DNA of 63,573 nt, counting the filler, from Chiloscyllium plagiosum (lineage: Eukaryota), in NCBI RefSeq assembly GCF_004010195.1. It is 5 parts of one record of this genome, joined end to end, with 100 filler letters (N's around TTAATTAATTAA, not from the genome) between each part and the next. Parts side by side here need not be neighbours in the genome. Positions count along the whole stretch, not along the records: positions 24,502 to 48,437 come from NC_057716.1; 4 more parts are not named here. One strand, written 5' to 3'. Both the position numbers and the translations under genes were made by a program. Of the stretch, positions 25,470-37,440 are shown piece by piece. A model generated the notes under the pieces. The model did no database searches, was not told the DNA's origin, and saw nothing but the letters and a program-made list of their open reading frames with translations. The number at the start of each line of letters is the position of its first letter. Within the stretch, counting starts at the first letter, position 1.

Positions 25470-26061
25470 TGTGACAATGTCGTCACTTTATTTTGTCCTG
25501 TTTTTTTTTGAAGAGAGGTTATAAAGCAGAAATACTGAACTGGCTACTGAAGTTGACTTAAGTGAACACGTTCTGAGGCCTTGGGTTATTTTTAAACAAT
25601 GGAAGCAGCCTGGGTGTGGCCAGCTCTCCCAGACCAGGTTTTCGAGATTTTTCAGCTTGAAGTAGCAGGTGCCTTTGGGCACAAAACAGATGGACACTTC
25701 AGTGACTGAATTCTAGCTGGTATTCTCTCTGAACTTTCTGTTGATGCTTTTTCCTCCTGGATTGGAGAAGCTGTGTCTGAATTTGCCTTTTTGGCAAGGG
25801 GTGTTTTTATGGGATGTTACAATATCGGAACAGTTAATTAGTAATTGGTAATGTATCTATTCGGTTAAGTGTTCCAACAGTTAAGTTATTCTAAATTCCT
25901 CTTTCTTTTGTTTGTGTTTTAACTATAGTGTTTAAGTAAATTGCTTTGCTTAACATCACATTGTGTCTGGAACATGCAATTCACATCTACCCTTCAAAAT
26001 AAGAAAACGTTAGGGTCGAGGCTACCTTCTTAAAATATTTGAGGGGGTCTTGTCCATAACA
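25470..26061 (+). mobile_element. Solo LTR (592 bp), probably related to the LTR at 45183-45815
   Basis: Termini TGTGACA...CATAACA, 4-bp TSD ttgg (25466-25469, 26062-26065); the 3' end gtccataaca is shared with the 45183 LTR end. Confidence 0.78.
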
Positions 26062-26148
26062 TTGGTCTCTTCTCCTTTTCTGTATATCTGTGTTAATGAA
26101 TAAACTGGTATATTTACAGATAGGAAACATGAAACTCATTTCACACAC

Positions 26149-26274
26149 CTGTGATGTGAGGTTAATAAATTTGACAGCATTTGTTCCACATTTGTGACTA
26201 TTCAGACACAGATTGATATAATCCCAATAATCCTTCCGGCTCCCAAAAATCGTCTTCTTCTCTTTCTGATCGTA
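26149..26274 (-). CDS. RUFY4: RUFY4-like coding exon 3: YDQKEKKTIFGSRKDYWDYINLCLNSHKCGTNAVKFINLTSQ
   Basis: 126 nt, acceptor tttcttttctcctcgttaccAG, donor CAG|GTgtgt, phase 0 to 0. DQKEK..FG.RKDYWDY is the diagnostic FYCO1/RUFY4 RUN-domain motif. Confidence 0.9.
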
Positions 26275-26811
26275 CTGGTAACGAGGAGAAAAGAAACAAA
26301 ATGAACTCATCACAATTTGCTGGCCAGGCTGGCATTTGACATGTTAAGGTAGTAACAGCAATCTCAATGTTTCATTTTTCAAATGTTATTTATTCAAAAA
26401 AGGAGGAAGGCTGAAAGCAGGAAACTACAGGCCAATCAGCTATCATAGGGAAAATATAATTGGACAGAGTCAATATGGTTTTTGTGAAAGAGAAATCATG
26501 TTGAAGCAATTTATTGGAGTAATATTTACCATGGGTAAAGGGAAACTTGTAGAAACCTTGCTTAGATTTCCAACTGGAGTATAAGTGAGTGACTCATCCA
26601 AAGTATATTGTATAAAATAAAGGCCCATGTGGGTAATATATTGGCATAGATAGTAGATTGGCTGACTTACAAGCAGAGAGTAGTCATAAATACATTATTT
26701 TCTGGTTAGTCACATGTAACAAGTATGCCACAGAAATCAGGCCTCAACTTTATTACAACTTGTACAAATGATGTGGTTAAAGGAAGGGGACTGGTTAGTC
26801 ATATCCCTCAC

Positions 26812-26918
26812 CTGTAACAGGTATTCAAGTCTAGTGCACAGGCTGTGGAGAATTGGGTTGGCATCGGTGATGGGAAGTTCATTCCTCTCCTGATCTTTGC
26901 AAAGCTCTTCAATAGAAG
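26812..26918 (-). CDS. RUFY4: RUFY4-like coding exon 2: (A)SIEELCKDQERNELPITDANPILHSLCTRLEYLLQ
   Basis: 107 nt, acceptor ttcactttgacAG, donor CAG|GTgagg, phase 1 to 0, in frame with exon 1. PITD..LH....LEYLLQ is the start of the RUN domain in FYCO1/RUFY4. Confidence 0.88.
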
Positions 26919-26970
26919 CTGTCAAAGTGAACAGGGTCCAATACAATTAACAAACCTCACACATATAGAG

Positions 26971-27085
26971 GTAAAGCGTGTTGGAGGATTTAACACGGAC
27001 AGTGCAGGTGTAAAGCGTGTTGGAGGATTTAACAAGGACAGTGCAGGTGTAAAGCGTGTTGGAGGATTTAACACGGACAGTGCAG
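26971..27085. repeat. 39-bp tandem repeat x 3 within RUFY4-like intron 1
   Basis: gtaaagcgtgttggaggatttaaca(c/a)ggacagtgcaggt starting at 26971, 27010 and 27049. Confidence 0.95.
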
Positions 27086-27126
27086 AGGTGGAGGTTGAGG
27101 AGATGATATGAATGAAATTGTTGTAC

Positions 27127-27178
27127 CTTGAAAGTCTTTGATCACCCTGAGAAGCTGGAGGTCTGTATCTCCTGCCAT
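27127..27178 (-). CDS. RUFY4: RUN and FYVE domain protein (RUFY4/FYCO1 family), coding exon 1: MAGDTDLQLLRVIKDFQ
   Basis: 52 nt, phase-1 donor caag|GTacaa. Resembles the N-termini of FYCO1 (QLQRIIRDLQ) and RUFY4 (ILKVTKDLR) as recalled. Named RUFY4 rather than FYCO1 from its position between TNS1 and a CXCR1/2-like gene. Confidence 0.8.
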
Positions 27179-29869
27179 TCTGGTGCAGTGATCTGCTCTG
27201 AAGTGATGTCTGTGACCAACAGTGAAGGATTGATTGTGACAATGGTTTCTCTTCCTGCTCATAATAGTGAGGGTTCACAGCCTTAGATGTGATAGTTTCA
27301 GTAGCCATTCAATAACTCACTGAATCCCACATGCAACAGATCAACCAAACTTGCCACGTCAATAAATTCTCCTGAATCTGGACTTGTTTTCTGAAATCTG
27401 TTCCTTTGAATACTGATGTTCCTGCCAGCGCAATCAGTTTCGCCTTATTCATGTAAACAAATTTCCTCAGAATTTTGAACACTCCCCAATCTTTCCAATT
27501 ATCTGAAGAAGGGTAACTCAACCTGAAACGTTAACTCTGATTTCTCTTCATAGATGCTGCCAGACCTGCTGAGATTTTCCAGCAATTTCTGTTTCTGTTT
27601 CAGATTTCCAGCATCCGCAGTTGTTTTGACATTTTTTCTTTCCTACTGTCTGTCACCTGACGCCTAATCAAACAAAACTCACTTCACAACTCGAGTACCT
27701 TCCAACATCAGAGTTCAGAACGTTGCCAAGTGTACAATTCGCAGAACCTTTGAAGTGTTACAGCGCAAAAGAAGACAATGCCTCCCATTGTGTCTATGCA
27801 AGCTTGTTAACAGCATTGTGACTTAATGCCATTCTCCTGAACTTGATCAAATCAGGTAGGTAAGCCATGATTGTATGTACTGGGACCCTGCAACCGGCGA
27901 CATTGTCATGGGATCACCCAGTCCCTTGCTTTCTCTGGAGCAGTTTGTCTCCAACAACAATCTCCCAAAAACAAGTTTAAATGTGGGGACAATTCTGCAC
28001 AAAGCTCCCTTTAAGAGTCAGACAGCCTGAACCCCAAAGTAGACAGCACAGGAAATCACTAACCCTTTTCTGAGTCAGCATTCCAGTCTATCCTGCTGGA
28101 AAGATGGGAATTGATAACCTCGGGAAATGTTCTGTCTTTGGCCACACTCCCCCATGTCCACAGAAGGAGGTCCATCTCCTCCATAGGAGCTTTGGGGGCA
28201 GATTCCTTGATCCCATGCGGATACTGGGAACAGATGTATGCAGGGCTGCAGCCAATGGCATAGAGAATTTTAGCCAGTATACCCCAAATTGGGGAGCTCT
28301 TTCCTTTCAATTGTTTGACCCCAGCGCCATCCCCACTACGTACTCATTTCCACACTCCCCATTGTCATAGACCCTGATGCGATCGCTAGTCCTGCCACAC
28401 TCTCAAACACTCCACACCCCCTCTCAGGGAAGAAAGTAGGAGAAAGTGAAGTCTGCAGATGCTGGAGATCAGAGTCAAAGAGTGTGGTGCTGGAAAAGCA
28501 CAGCCGGTCAGGCAGTATCCCAAGGGCCATCCTGACGTTCCTGGTGAAGGGTTTATGCCTGAAACGTCAGCTCTCCTGCTCCTCAGATGTTGCTTGACTG
28601 GCTGTGCTTTTCCAGCACCACATTCTTAGTATCAGAGAGGAAACACTATTCTACCTCCCCTCTGACTCCATTGCTGACTTTTCCCACTATTATCACTTCA
28701 CTACTTCTTTGGCTAAAGATGGAATTATAAAATCCCTAAAGTGTGGAACCAGGCCATTTGGCCCTCCAAAGAGCATCCCACCCAGACCTATCCTCCTACC
28801 CTATCCCTGTAACCCTTCATTTCCCATGGTTAATCCACTCTAACCTGTACATCTTTGGACTAGATTAGATTACTTACAGTGTGGAAACAGTCAGTCGCCT
28901 GAGGCGGGAATTGAACCCGGGTCTCTAGCGCTGTGAGGCAGCAGTGCTAACCACTGTGCCATCGTGCCGCCCACGGACTGTGGGAGGAAACCCACGCAGA
29001 CACAGGGAGAATGTGCAAACTCTGCACAGACAGTTGTCCGAGGGTGGAATCGAACCGAGGTCCCTGGTGGTAACCACTGAGCCACCCCTCCTTCCCGTGG
29101 CCTTCCTCCTTCACAGAGCAGGATGGTGAGATGGTTGAGAGACCCAGGTTAACTCCCTGACATAATACAGTTGGTGAGATTTAAATTTAATTTAATTTAA
29201 TGGAAAACTAATCTCAGTGATAGCGAGCATGAAAACTATCATCAAGTGTTGTAAAAAGTCACTGGATTCATTCATATCTCTAAGGGAAGGAAACTGCCAT
29301 CCTTACCTGGTCTAGCCTACATGTGACTCGAGAGCCACAGTAACGTGGGTGACTGCTAACTGCTCTCAGTAGTGGTGCAACACATCATCGCTTTCTGGGA
29401 AAAGGAATTACACAGATTAGCAATTGCTTTAAGATTCTATTTTAGAATGTGACCTTTTATTCTTAAACAGCATCCCCTAGTTTTTGTCTGATGCACAAGA
29501 GAAACATCTCCAGTATCCACCCTCAGGATCACTATGTTTTTGAATTGAATCACCCCATTCTCCAGTAGGGTCGGATCCAACGTGTTCAACCACTCCTTAA
29601 CAGGAATACGTTGAGCGAACCTTCTCTGAATAGTTTCTAATACAAATCTATCCTGTTCAAAGAGGACACCAAAACTATCAGTAGAACAACTGAAGAAAAA
29701 CAGGAAGAGAGAGAAAAACAAACTTAATGTTTTGAGTCCAATATAATTTTTGCAGAGCTTCGTGTTCTGACAAAGAGTCATACTGGACTCAAAACATTAA
29801 CTTTGTTTCTTTCTCTACAGACACTGACAGACTGCTGAGTTTCACCAGAATTCTCTGATTTATTTTAAT

Positions 29870-30765
29870 TAGGAACAAAGAACAATACAGCACAGGAAGA
29901 GGCCCTTCAGCCCTCCAAGTGTGCGCTGGCACATTTTGCCCTTCCATACTAAAACTGTCTTCAATTACAGGATCCATATCTCTCTATTCCCCCCATATTC
30001 TTGTATCCGTCCAGGTGTTTCTTGAATGCTGCTATTGTGTCTCCTTCCACCATCTCCTCTGCCAGTGCGTTTCAGGCACTCACCACACTTTGCGTTAAAA
30101 AAAAACTTGCCTCACACATCTCTTTTAATCTTCCACCTTGAACCTGTGTCCCTTAGTGACTGACCCCTCCACCCTGGGAAAACTTTCCACTCTATCCATG
30201 CCATTCACAATCTTGTAAACTTCTATCAGGATATAGATATCCTATAACTCCATCTTTGATCTAATTGCAGTACTCTAAAAGTAGTCTCACCAATATCCTG
30301 TATGGTTGCAGTAAAACTTTTCCATGTTTCTATTCCATTCCTCTTGCAACCGATGCCAATATTCCATTTGCTTCTTGATCACTTGCTGCGCCTGCATACT
30401 AACGCTGTGATTCATCTAGCAGGACACCAAAATCCTTCTGTAGGACAGAGTTCTGCATTGTCTGTTCATTTAAACAGTAGCCTGCTGTTCTATTCTTCCT
30501 GCCAAAGTGACAAGTACAATTCTGCCCACAATATACTCCACCTGACAAATTTTATCTGATTATTTAATGTATCTATATGCCTTTTCGCACTCTTTACCTC
30601 CTCATGACCACTGCATTTTCTACCAGATTTTGTGCCGTGGGCAAATTTAGCAATGATATAATTAATCCTTTCATCCAAATTATTCATATAGATTGTAAGT
30701 AATTAAAGCCCGAGCACTGATCCCTGTGACAGGAAATGGCCCATTTATCTCTATGCTCTGTTTCC
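29870..30765 (-). mobile_element. Degraded CR1 3' fragments
   Basis: NNLDERINYIIAKFAHGTK (KFADDTK remnant) and CR1-type tail. Confidence 0.7.
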
Positions 30766-32049
30766 TGTCCACCATAAAGAAGGACTTATGCCCAAAACGT
30801 CGATTCTCCTGCTCCTTGGATGCTGCCTGACCTGCTGCGCTTTTCCAGCAACACATTTTTCAGCTTCCTGTCCGCCACCCAGTTTTCCTCCATTTCAATA
30901 TGCTGCCCCTTCTCCATGGGCTCTTTTGATTTACTGAGCTTTATGTGTGTTTCTCAAGGGGACAGGGAAATGGAGTCAATGATTATTTGGTGTACCTCAC
31001 TACCAATGTGATATACACATCACTCTCCCTTCTCATGTCAATGCTGTGCTGCTAACCTCTGTCCCCAGTAATAGGGAGGGAACAGTTTGCTGTGCTGGGT
31101 ATACAATGAGCCATCAGAAACATCTGAATCATTGATACAAACCTTGGCCATATCCCTATTGATCAGCCATCAGTGAGAGACTAATGGGGGAACCTTCATT
31201 TCTCTGGTGCCCTTCACAACCCTGGACGTCTCAAAGCCCTTTCTAGACAATCAAATACTTTTAAAACGTCATCATTGCTTTAATTTAGGAAACAGCCAAT
31301 CTGGACTCAGCACCATCTCACACAGTGATATGATAATGGCCTGATCATCTATATGACGTAGTCACTTTGGTGAGGAATAAACATGGTTGAGGTTGTCAGG
31401 GAAAGCTGCCTATTCTCTCAGTGGCCATGGGATTGTCCACTTCCAGTTGACAGGGCAAATTGGGCAATTTGGTTCAAGATCTCACTGATACTATAAACAC
31501 GTCATAGCCACTGTGAGTTTGTACAGAGATAATTCTGAAGATTGTTTGCAGTTGACCCTGTCAGATTAACCATCTCAAGAAGAACTAATTGTCTTTGCGA
31601 TATTGGCTCCAAGCTAAACTGACTAAAGCTCAGTGATGGGCAGATGAGTTCACTTCAATGGTTCCTACTGGGATCAGTATTTAGATAAAAACACAATGTA
31701 CTTCAGAAAGGGGCAAAGTTCACTGGAATACGAGCAGCACGTGGACAAGCAATCAGTGTAAATGGAGATATATTTCACTGTGATGTTATTCCTGGAACAC
31801 TTTGCACTTTTCTCACTCAGAGTACAGACTGACAGCTTATAAACAGGAAATTCCAGTTATGAGATTGATATTGTGACAGAGTTAAACTTCCAGATTTCTC
31901 TCAGTGAATGTCAGGTTAGAATGTTGTCTTTTAAAGGCAGATTAATTGTACATTTTCAATCCAGTCCTGCATCACTGTCAGAATGAACAGTGACTCTGAA
32001 ATTGATCAACTGAAATGATGGCCCAAATTTCAGCACCCTTCACAACTCC

Positions 32050-33742
32050 TCAGATACTGAAACAGTCCATGTCCGAATGCAGGAAGACTTGGACAATATC
32101 CAGGTTCATGCTGACAAGTGGCAGGTAGCATTCGTAGCACACGACTGCAAGGCAATGATACTTCGAATATCCCATTAACACTAAAGAATATCAGGGCAAA
32201 ATTGAGCACCATCACCATCACTAGAGAAGTAATATTTGACAAACTGTTGGGACTAAATGTAATTAGTTCCCTTGGCCCTGGTGGCCTGCATCTAGGGATT
32301 CTCAAAGACGTAGTTACAGAAATAGTGGGTACATTTGTTGTAATTTTCTGAAAATCATTGGATTCTGGAGAATTACCAGGGGATTGGAACACTGTTATTA
32401 AAAAAAAGGGAGGAAGGCAAAAAGTGGGTAACTTTAGGCCAAGTAGCCTAACATCTATTGTTGTAAAGGTTTTGGAATCAAGTATTAAGAAAGTATAAAC
32501 TGCACATTTGGAAAACCATAAGATAATCAAGCAGAGTCAGCAAAGCTTGATGAAAGGGAAATTGTGTCTGACTAATTTATTAGAGTTTTATTGAGGTAGT
32601 CTCAACCAGTCAATGTGTTTTATTTGAACTTCTAGATGGTGTTCAACAAAATACCTCACAAAAGGTTCTGTCAGAAGATAAGGTCCCACAGTATGGGAGG
32701 TAGGGAATTGGCTTCTGGGCAGGAAACAGTGAGAGGGGATAAGGGAATCTTTCTCAGGTTGGTGATCCGTAACCAGTGGGGTTCCACAGGGGTCAGTGCT
32801 GAACTGTTTAAAATAAGTTAATGACTTGGAGAAAGAAAGTAAAATTACTGTAGCCAAATTTGCAAATGTCAAGAATATAGTGGAAAGGCAAGTTGTGAAG
32901 GGGATATAAACACTTTACAGGAAGATATTGATACATTAAGTTGGCGGGAAAATATGGGATTTGCAAAGTAGTTCATTTTGGAAGGGAGAACAAAGGAACA
33001 GAATGTTATTTAAATGGAGAAAAATAGCAAAAAACACAAAGGAACTTGGGCTCACTTGTATGTGAAACACAGAAAACTAGCACACAGGTGCAGCAGGTAA
33101 TCAGGAAAACTAATGAGATGTTGGTCCATTTTTAAAGGGGTTTGGGGAATAAGATTAAGGAAATCTTAGTTGCAACTGTACAAGGTACTGATGAGACCAC
33201 ATCTGGAGTAATGTGAGCAGTTTTGGCCCACTTAAGGAAAGTTATCATTTCATGGAGGCAGTTCATTGGGATGATTCCTGGTATGGAGGGATTATTGTAT
33301 GAGAAAAGGTTAAACAGGTTGGGACCTTACTCACTGGAGTTTAGAACAACGAGAGGTGATCTCATTGAAACATATTGGATTCTTAAGGGATTGGCAGTGT
33401 AAATGCTGAGAGGATATTTCCCCTCATGGGAGAGTTTTAGACCAGAGGGCACAGTCTCAGAATAAAGGGACCCCAATTTAAGGCTGAGATGAGCAGGAAT
33501 TTCTTCTCTCAGAGGGTTGTGAGTCTTTGAACCCCTTGCCACAGAGATCGGTGGGGGGTAGAGTCCTTCTGTACATTTAAGGCTGAGATCGAGAGATTCT
33601 TGATCAGTTGAGGAATCAAGGGTTATGGGGAAAGGGCAGAAAGGTTGACATGGGGAATGTCAGGTAAGCCATGATTTTATTGAAGGATGGAGTAGGCTTG
33701 AGGGTTGAATGGCCCACCCCTTTTCCAATTTCTTATGGTCTT
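32050..33742 (+). mobile_element. Degraded CR1 ORF2 (RT to 3' UTR)
   Basis: SLGPGGLHLGILKDV, GKLCLTNLLEF, FNKIPHKR, AKFAN, RGDLIETY remnants; tail tcttatggtctt. Confidence 0.85.
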
Positions 33743-33769
33743 CATCTTCAATATGTGAGAATCGAACCA

Positions 33770-34570
33770 ACTCCTCTTCACATTCAATGGAATTACTATC
33801 ACTGAACTCCCCATTATCAATATCAATACTAATTACATTAACTACAGGAGCAGGTCAGAGGTGAGGAATACTGCGGAGAATAAACCACCTCCTGACTCCC
33901 CAAAGCCTGTCCGCCATCTACAAGGCACAAGTCCAGAGTGTGATGGAATATTCCTGATGAAGGGCTTTTGCCTGAAACGTCGATTTCGCTGCTCCTTGGA
34001 TGCTGCCTGAACTGCTGTGCTCTTCCAGCACCACTAATCCAGAATCTGGTTTCCAGCATCTGCAGTCATTGTTTTACTCCCCACTTGCCTGGATGCAGGC
34101 AGCTCCAACAACACTCAGGAAGCTTGACACCTCCAGGACAAAGCAGCCGCTTGATTGGCACCACATCCACAAACATCCACTCCCTCCCCCACCGACGCTC
34201 AGTAGCAGCAGTGTGTACCATCTACAGGGTGCACTGTCAAAATTCACCAAAACTTCTTAGATTCCAGCACTTTCCAAATCACTGACCACTTCCATCTGGA
34301 AGGACAAGGGCAACAGATACATGGGAACACCACCCCCTTCAAGTTCACCACCAGCATTAAGCCACTCACCATCCTGACTTGGAAATATAGTGCTGTCCCT
34401 TCACAGTCGCTGGTCAAAATCCTGGAAATCCATCCCTAACAGAACTGTGGGTGCACCAACTCCCTAAGGAAGGCATTGGTTCAAGAAGGCAGCTCACTTC
34501 TACCTTATCCAGCGCATTTAGGGACAGGCAGTAAATGCTGACCCAGCCAGCAATACCCGGACCTTATGAA
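33770..34570 (+). mobile_element. 3' end of a CR1/L2-group LINE distinct from the HER1-like family, interrupted by a PLE terminal repeat (33951-34077)
   Basis: TIYKAQV ... MEY ... SPLAWMQAAPTTLRKLD ... IHSLPHRRSVAAVCTIYRVHC; a second copy at 37445-37690 resumes at 38575-38765 after a CR1 insertion. Confidence 0.7.
33951..33985 (+). ncRNA. Minimal hammerhead ribozyme motif
   Basis: UUC-CUGAUGA-A-GGGC-UUUU-GCCU-GAAA-CGUC-GAUU; core intact, one G-U pair in stem II. Confidence 0.6.
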
Positions 34571-37104
34571 AGAATTTTTAAAATGCAGTCATATCTGGAT
34601 AAGGTAGAAGTTGATTTTGACCAGTGACAGTGAAGGAACAGCGCTATATTCCCAAGTCAGGAAGGTGAGTGGCTTAATGGTGTATAGATATTGATATAGA
34701 TTTCAATATGAATCTTGTTGATTGTTATGATGCTAAATCAGAGAATATAGTTATCACAAAGGCAGAACTTGCACTCTTGCAACAAGTGAATTCCTATCAC
34801 TATGAATCCAAAAGGAATATGCCCTGAATGTCCTGTTTTCATTACAGTGGGGCAGGTTGTTGTTACAGTTAAACACAGATTCACTGGAAAGATTTCAGAG
34901 ACAGCACAGTAATAGAAAATTGTCCATTTAGTTTTACACACTCATAGGACGGGAGTGTCACTGGCTGGGCCCAGCATTTATTACCCCATCCCTCGTTGCC
35001 CCTTGAGAAGGTGGGGGTGAGCTGCCTTCTTGAACCACTGCAGTCCATGTGCTATGGATAAACCCATAATGCCCTTAGAGAGGGAATTCCATGATCTTGA
35101 CATAGCCCTCTCCCTCATCGTTCTTCACCTCCCAATACACTCTCCATACTCGAGGGACATGCCTAATCATGCTATCCTACTTCCCAGTCCCATGGCTCAC
35201 TATAATTCCTCCAACCATTCTCATTCCTCTAAGGGAACCTGTGCAGCATTAATCTTTTCATGATAACCCTTAGGCTTATGTCAACAGATAGACAGTGTGA
35301 TATAGCAAGCACTGTCTTTTATAAATGGTAAACAGATTGTTAATGTAATTTAACAGAAGTATACTTAAATGGATCCACAGTTTGACAGCTCCTTGTAACA
35401 ATTTCAAGGGGTCGATCCAACTTATACATCTTCGTACCTACGTTTACAACTCAAAGGGTACCTTACCTCTTCCCAAAGTGCTGCTTTCTGTTCCCAAATG
35501 GCACATCACCTCTCCTGAAGCTCCCTCAGGACTGTATCCAATTGGATACCTCTTCAAAGAAGTCTCATAATTTTAGCTCTTCTCCTGATTGGTCCAAAGT
35601 CCAGAAATAGAGGTTCAGGCACTCCACTCCCAAAACTTGCTCTGCCTGAAAGGCAGAACTTTTGTCCATGCAGTTACTTCCATGAGCGATGGTCATGCAA
35701 AATACAACCCATAAACCATTTACTCCCTTCCCCACATCTGCATAAATGATCAGGATCTGGTTCAGGGGTGAGATTTCCTTATTTATGACCCTAGATCCAT
35801 TTTGTTTAAGTAAGGCACCCTCTCCATCTGTGAGAATATCATAGAGTCAAAGAATCCCTACAATGCAGATAGAGACCATTCAGCCCATTGACGCTGCACC
35901 AACACTCCGAAGAGCATCCTACTCAAACCCCATGACTCCATATTTCCTGTGGCTAATCCACCTAGCCTACACATCTCTGGAAACTACAAGGCAACTTAGC
36001 ATCCACCCTAACCTGCATATCTCTGAACTGTGGGAGGAAATTGGAGCACCCAGACACAGGGAGAATGTACAAACTCCACACAGACAGTCACTCAAGGCTG
36101 GAATTAAACCTGACTTCCTGTTCCTGTGAGACAGCAGTGCTAACAACTAACATAATTAATAATTATTGTTCTAGTATAAATAATATATTAACACATTTGC
36201 AAAAATTGACAACTGCAGCTCAATATAGATCTGTGTGAAGTGATAGGTTTTGGTTGGAAGAATTAGGAGGTTACAAATCCCTGGGAAATAAATGTGTGAA
36301 TAGGATTGAGGGATTCTGATGACAGATACACAAATCACAAGAAGTACTGACGCAGGTTAATAAGGACGGAGAAAAATCAGAAACATTTCATTTCTGGAGG
36401 AATAGAGATCAAAAGTTATTTTAAATGTTAGTGGAACATGGTTTGACCAGACACTGAGTAACAGGTCCTCTCTTCAGATTGTAAAAACATTGAGAGGCAC
36501 AAGAGGAGACACCAAAGATTTATAATTATTGAATCAACCTATATACTTGTCAGACTTAATACCTCTCAACAAAATCTGCACAGTCTAGAGCTCTTTCCTC
36601 AGGTAAGGAGAAAACTGAGAGGTGATCTGACAGATAAAAGGATAATAAAGTAAAATAAAGATTTGAGGATGCTGGAGATCTGAACCAAAAACAGAAATTG
36701 CTGGTGAAACTCAGCAGGTCTGGCAGCATTTGTGGGGAGAGAGAAAGTTAATGATAGGCCAGAGGCAGATAAAATGTGTCCATCTTAGTGGAGTCCAGAA
36801 CTAGGATCTGCCAGGATAAGACAATCACCGCTGAGTCCAAACAGGAACTCAGGTGAACCATTTTTATCCAGAGTGTGATGAGAATGTGTACGTTAGTCCC
36901 AGGGGAGCATTGAGGAAGACACAGTAAATGCTTTAAAGAGAAACTAGATAGTAGAGGATGTGAAAAAGTGAACTGAGGGAAGCTCAGATATAACATAGCT
37001 GGTGACATTAATGAGTTGTGCTGTTTGTCTGGTTTCTGTTTGTACACACAGTGTAGTTTCAATAATGTTGTATTAAATCTGGCGTCTCTGACCCAACACC
37101 CTAA

Positions 37105-37440
37105 TCTGAGCGGTTGCACTCTCAGCTCTGAGTCAGAGGGTCAGAGGTTCATTTCTCACCCCAGACACAATCTGAGATTTACAGCACCAGGGAGGAGCAA
37201 CTTTCTCACGAGATGATTATCCAAGGCCCCATTAAGTGGGAACAAAAGGTTCCCCTAGGCCACCATCTCAAAGAAGTGCAAAGGTGGTCTTTACAGTCCT
37301 GGGTCAATGTTCATCCCTCAAACAACATCACTGAAACAGATTAGCCAGTCGTTATCAGAATACTGTCTGTGAGACCTTGCTGTGCACTAATTGGCAGCTG
37401 CATTTCCTACATTACAGCACTAACTGCTTTACAAGGTATT
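37105..37440 (+). mobile_element. Deu-domain SINE (SacSINE1/AmnSINE1 superfamily-like)
   Basis: tRNA-like head gttgcactctcagctctgagtcagagggtcagaggttca followed by Deu-like core caacatcactgaaacagatt...ttgctgtgcactaattggcagctgcatttcctacattaca. Degraded copies near 8040-8170 (+), 21560-21710 (-) and 31210-31480 (-). Confidence 0.6.

Noticed and set aside
26922..27308. 128-aa ORF with 13-aa repeats
   Set aside because: It is out of frame with the RUN-domain exons and is kept open by the 39-bp intronic repeat.
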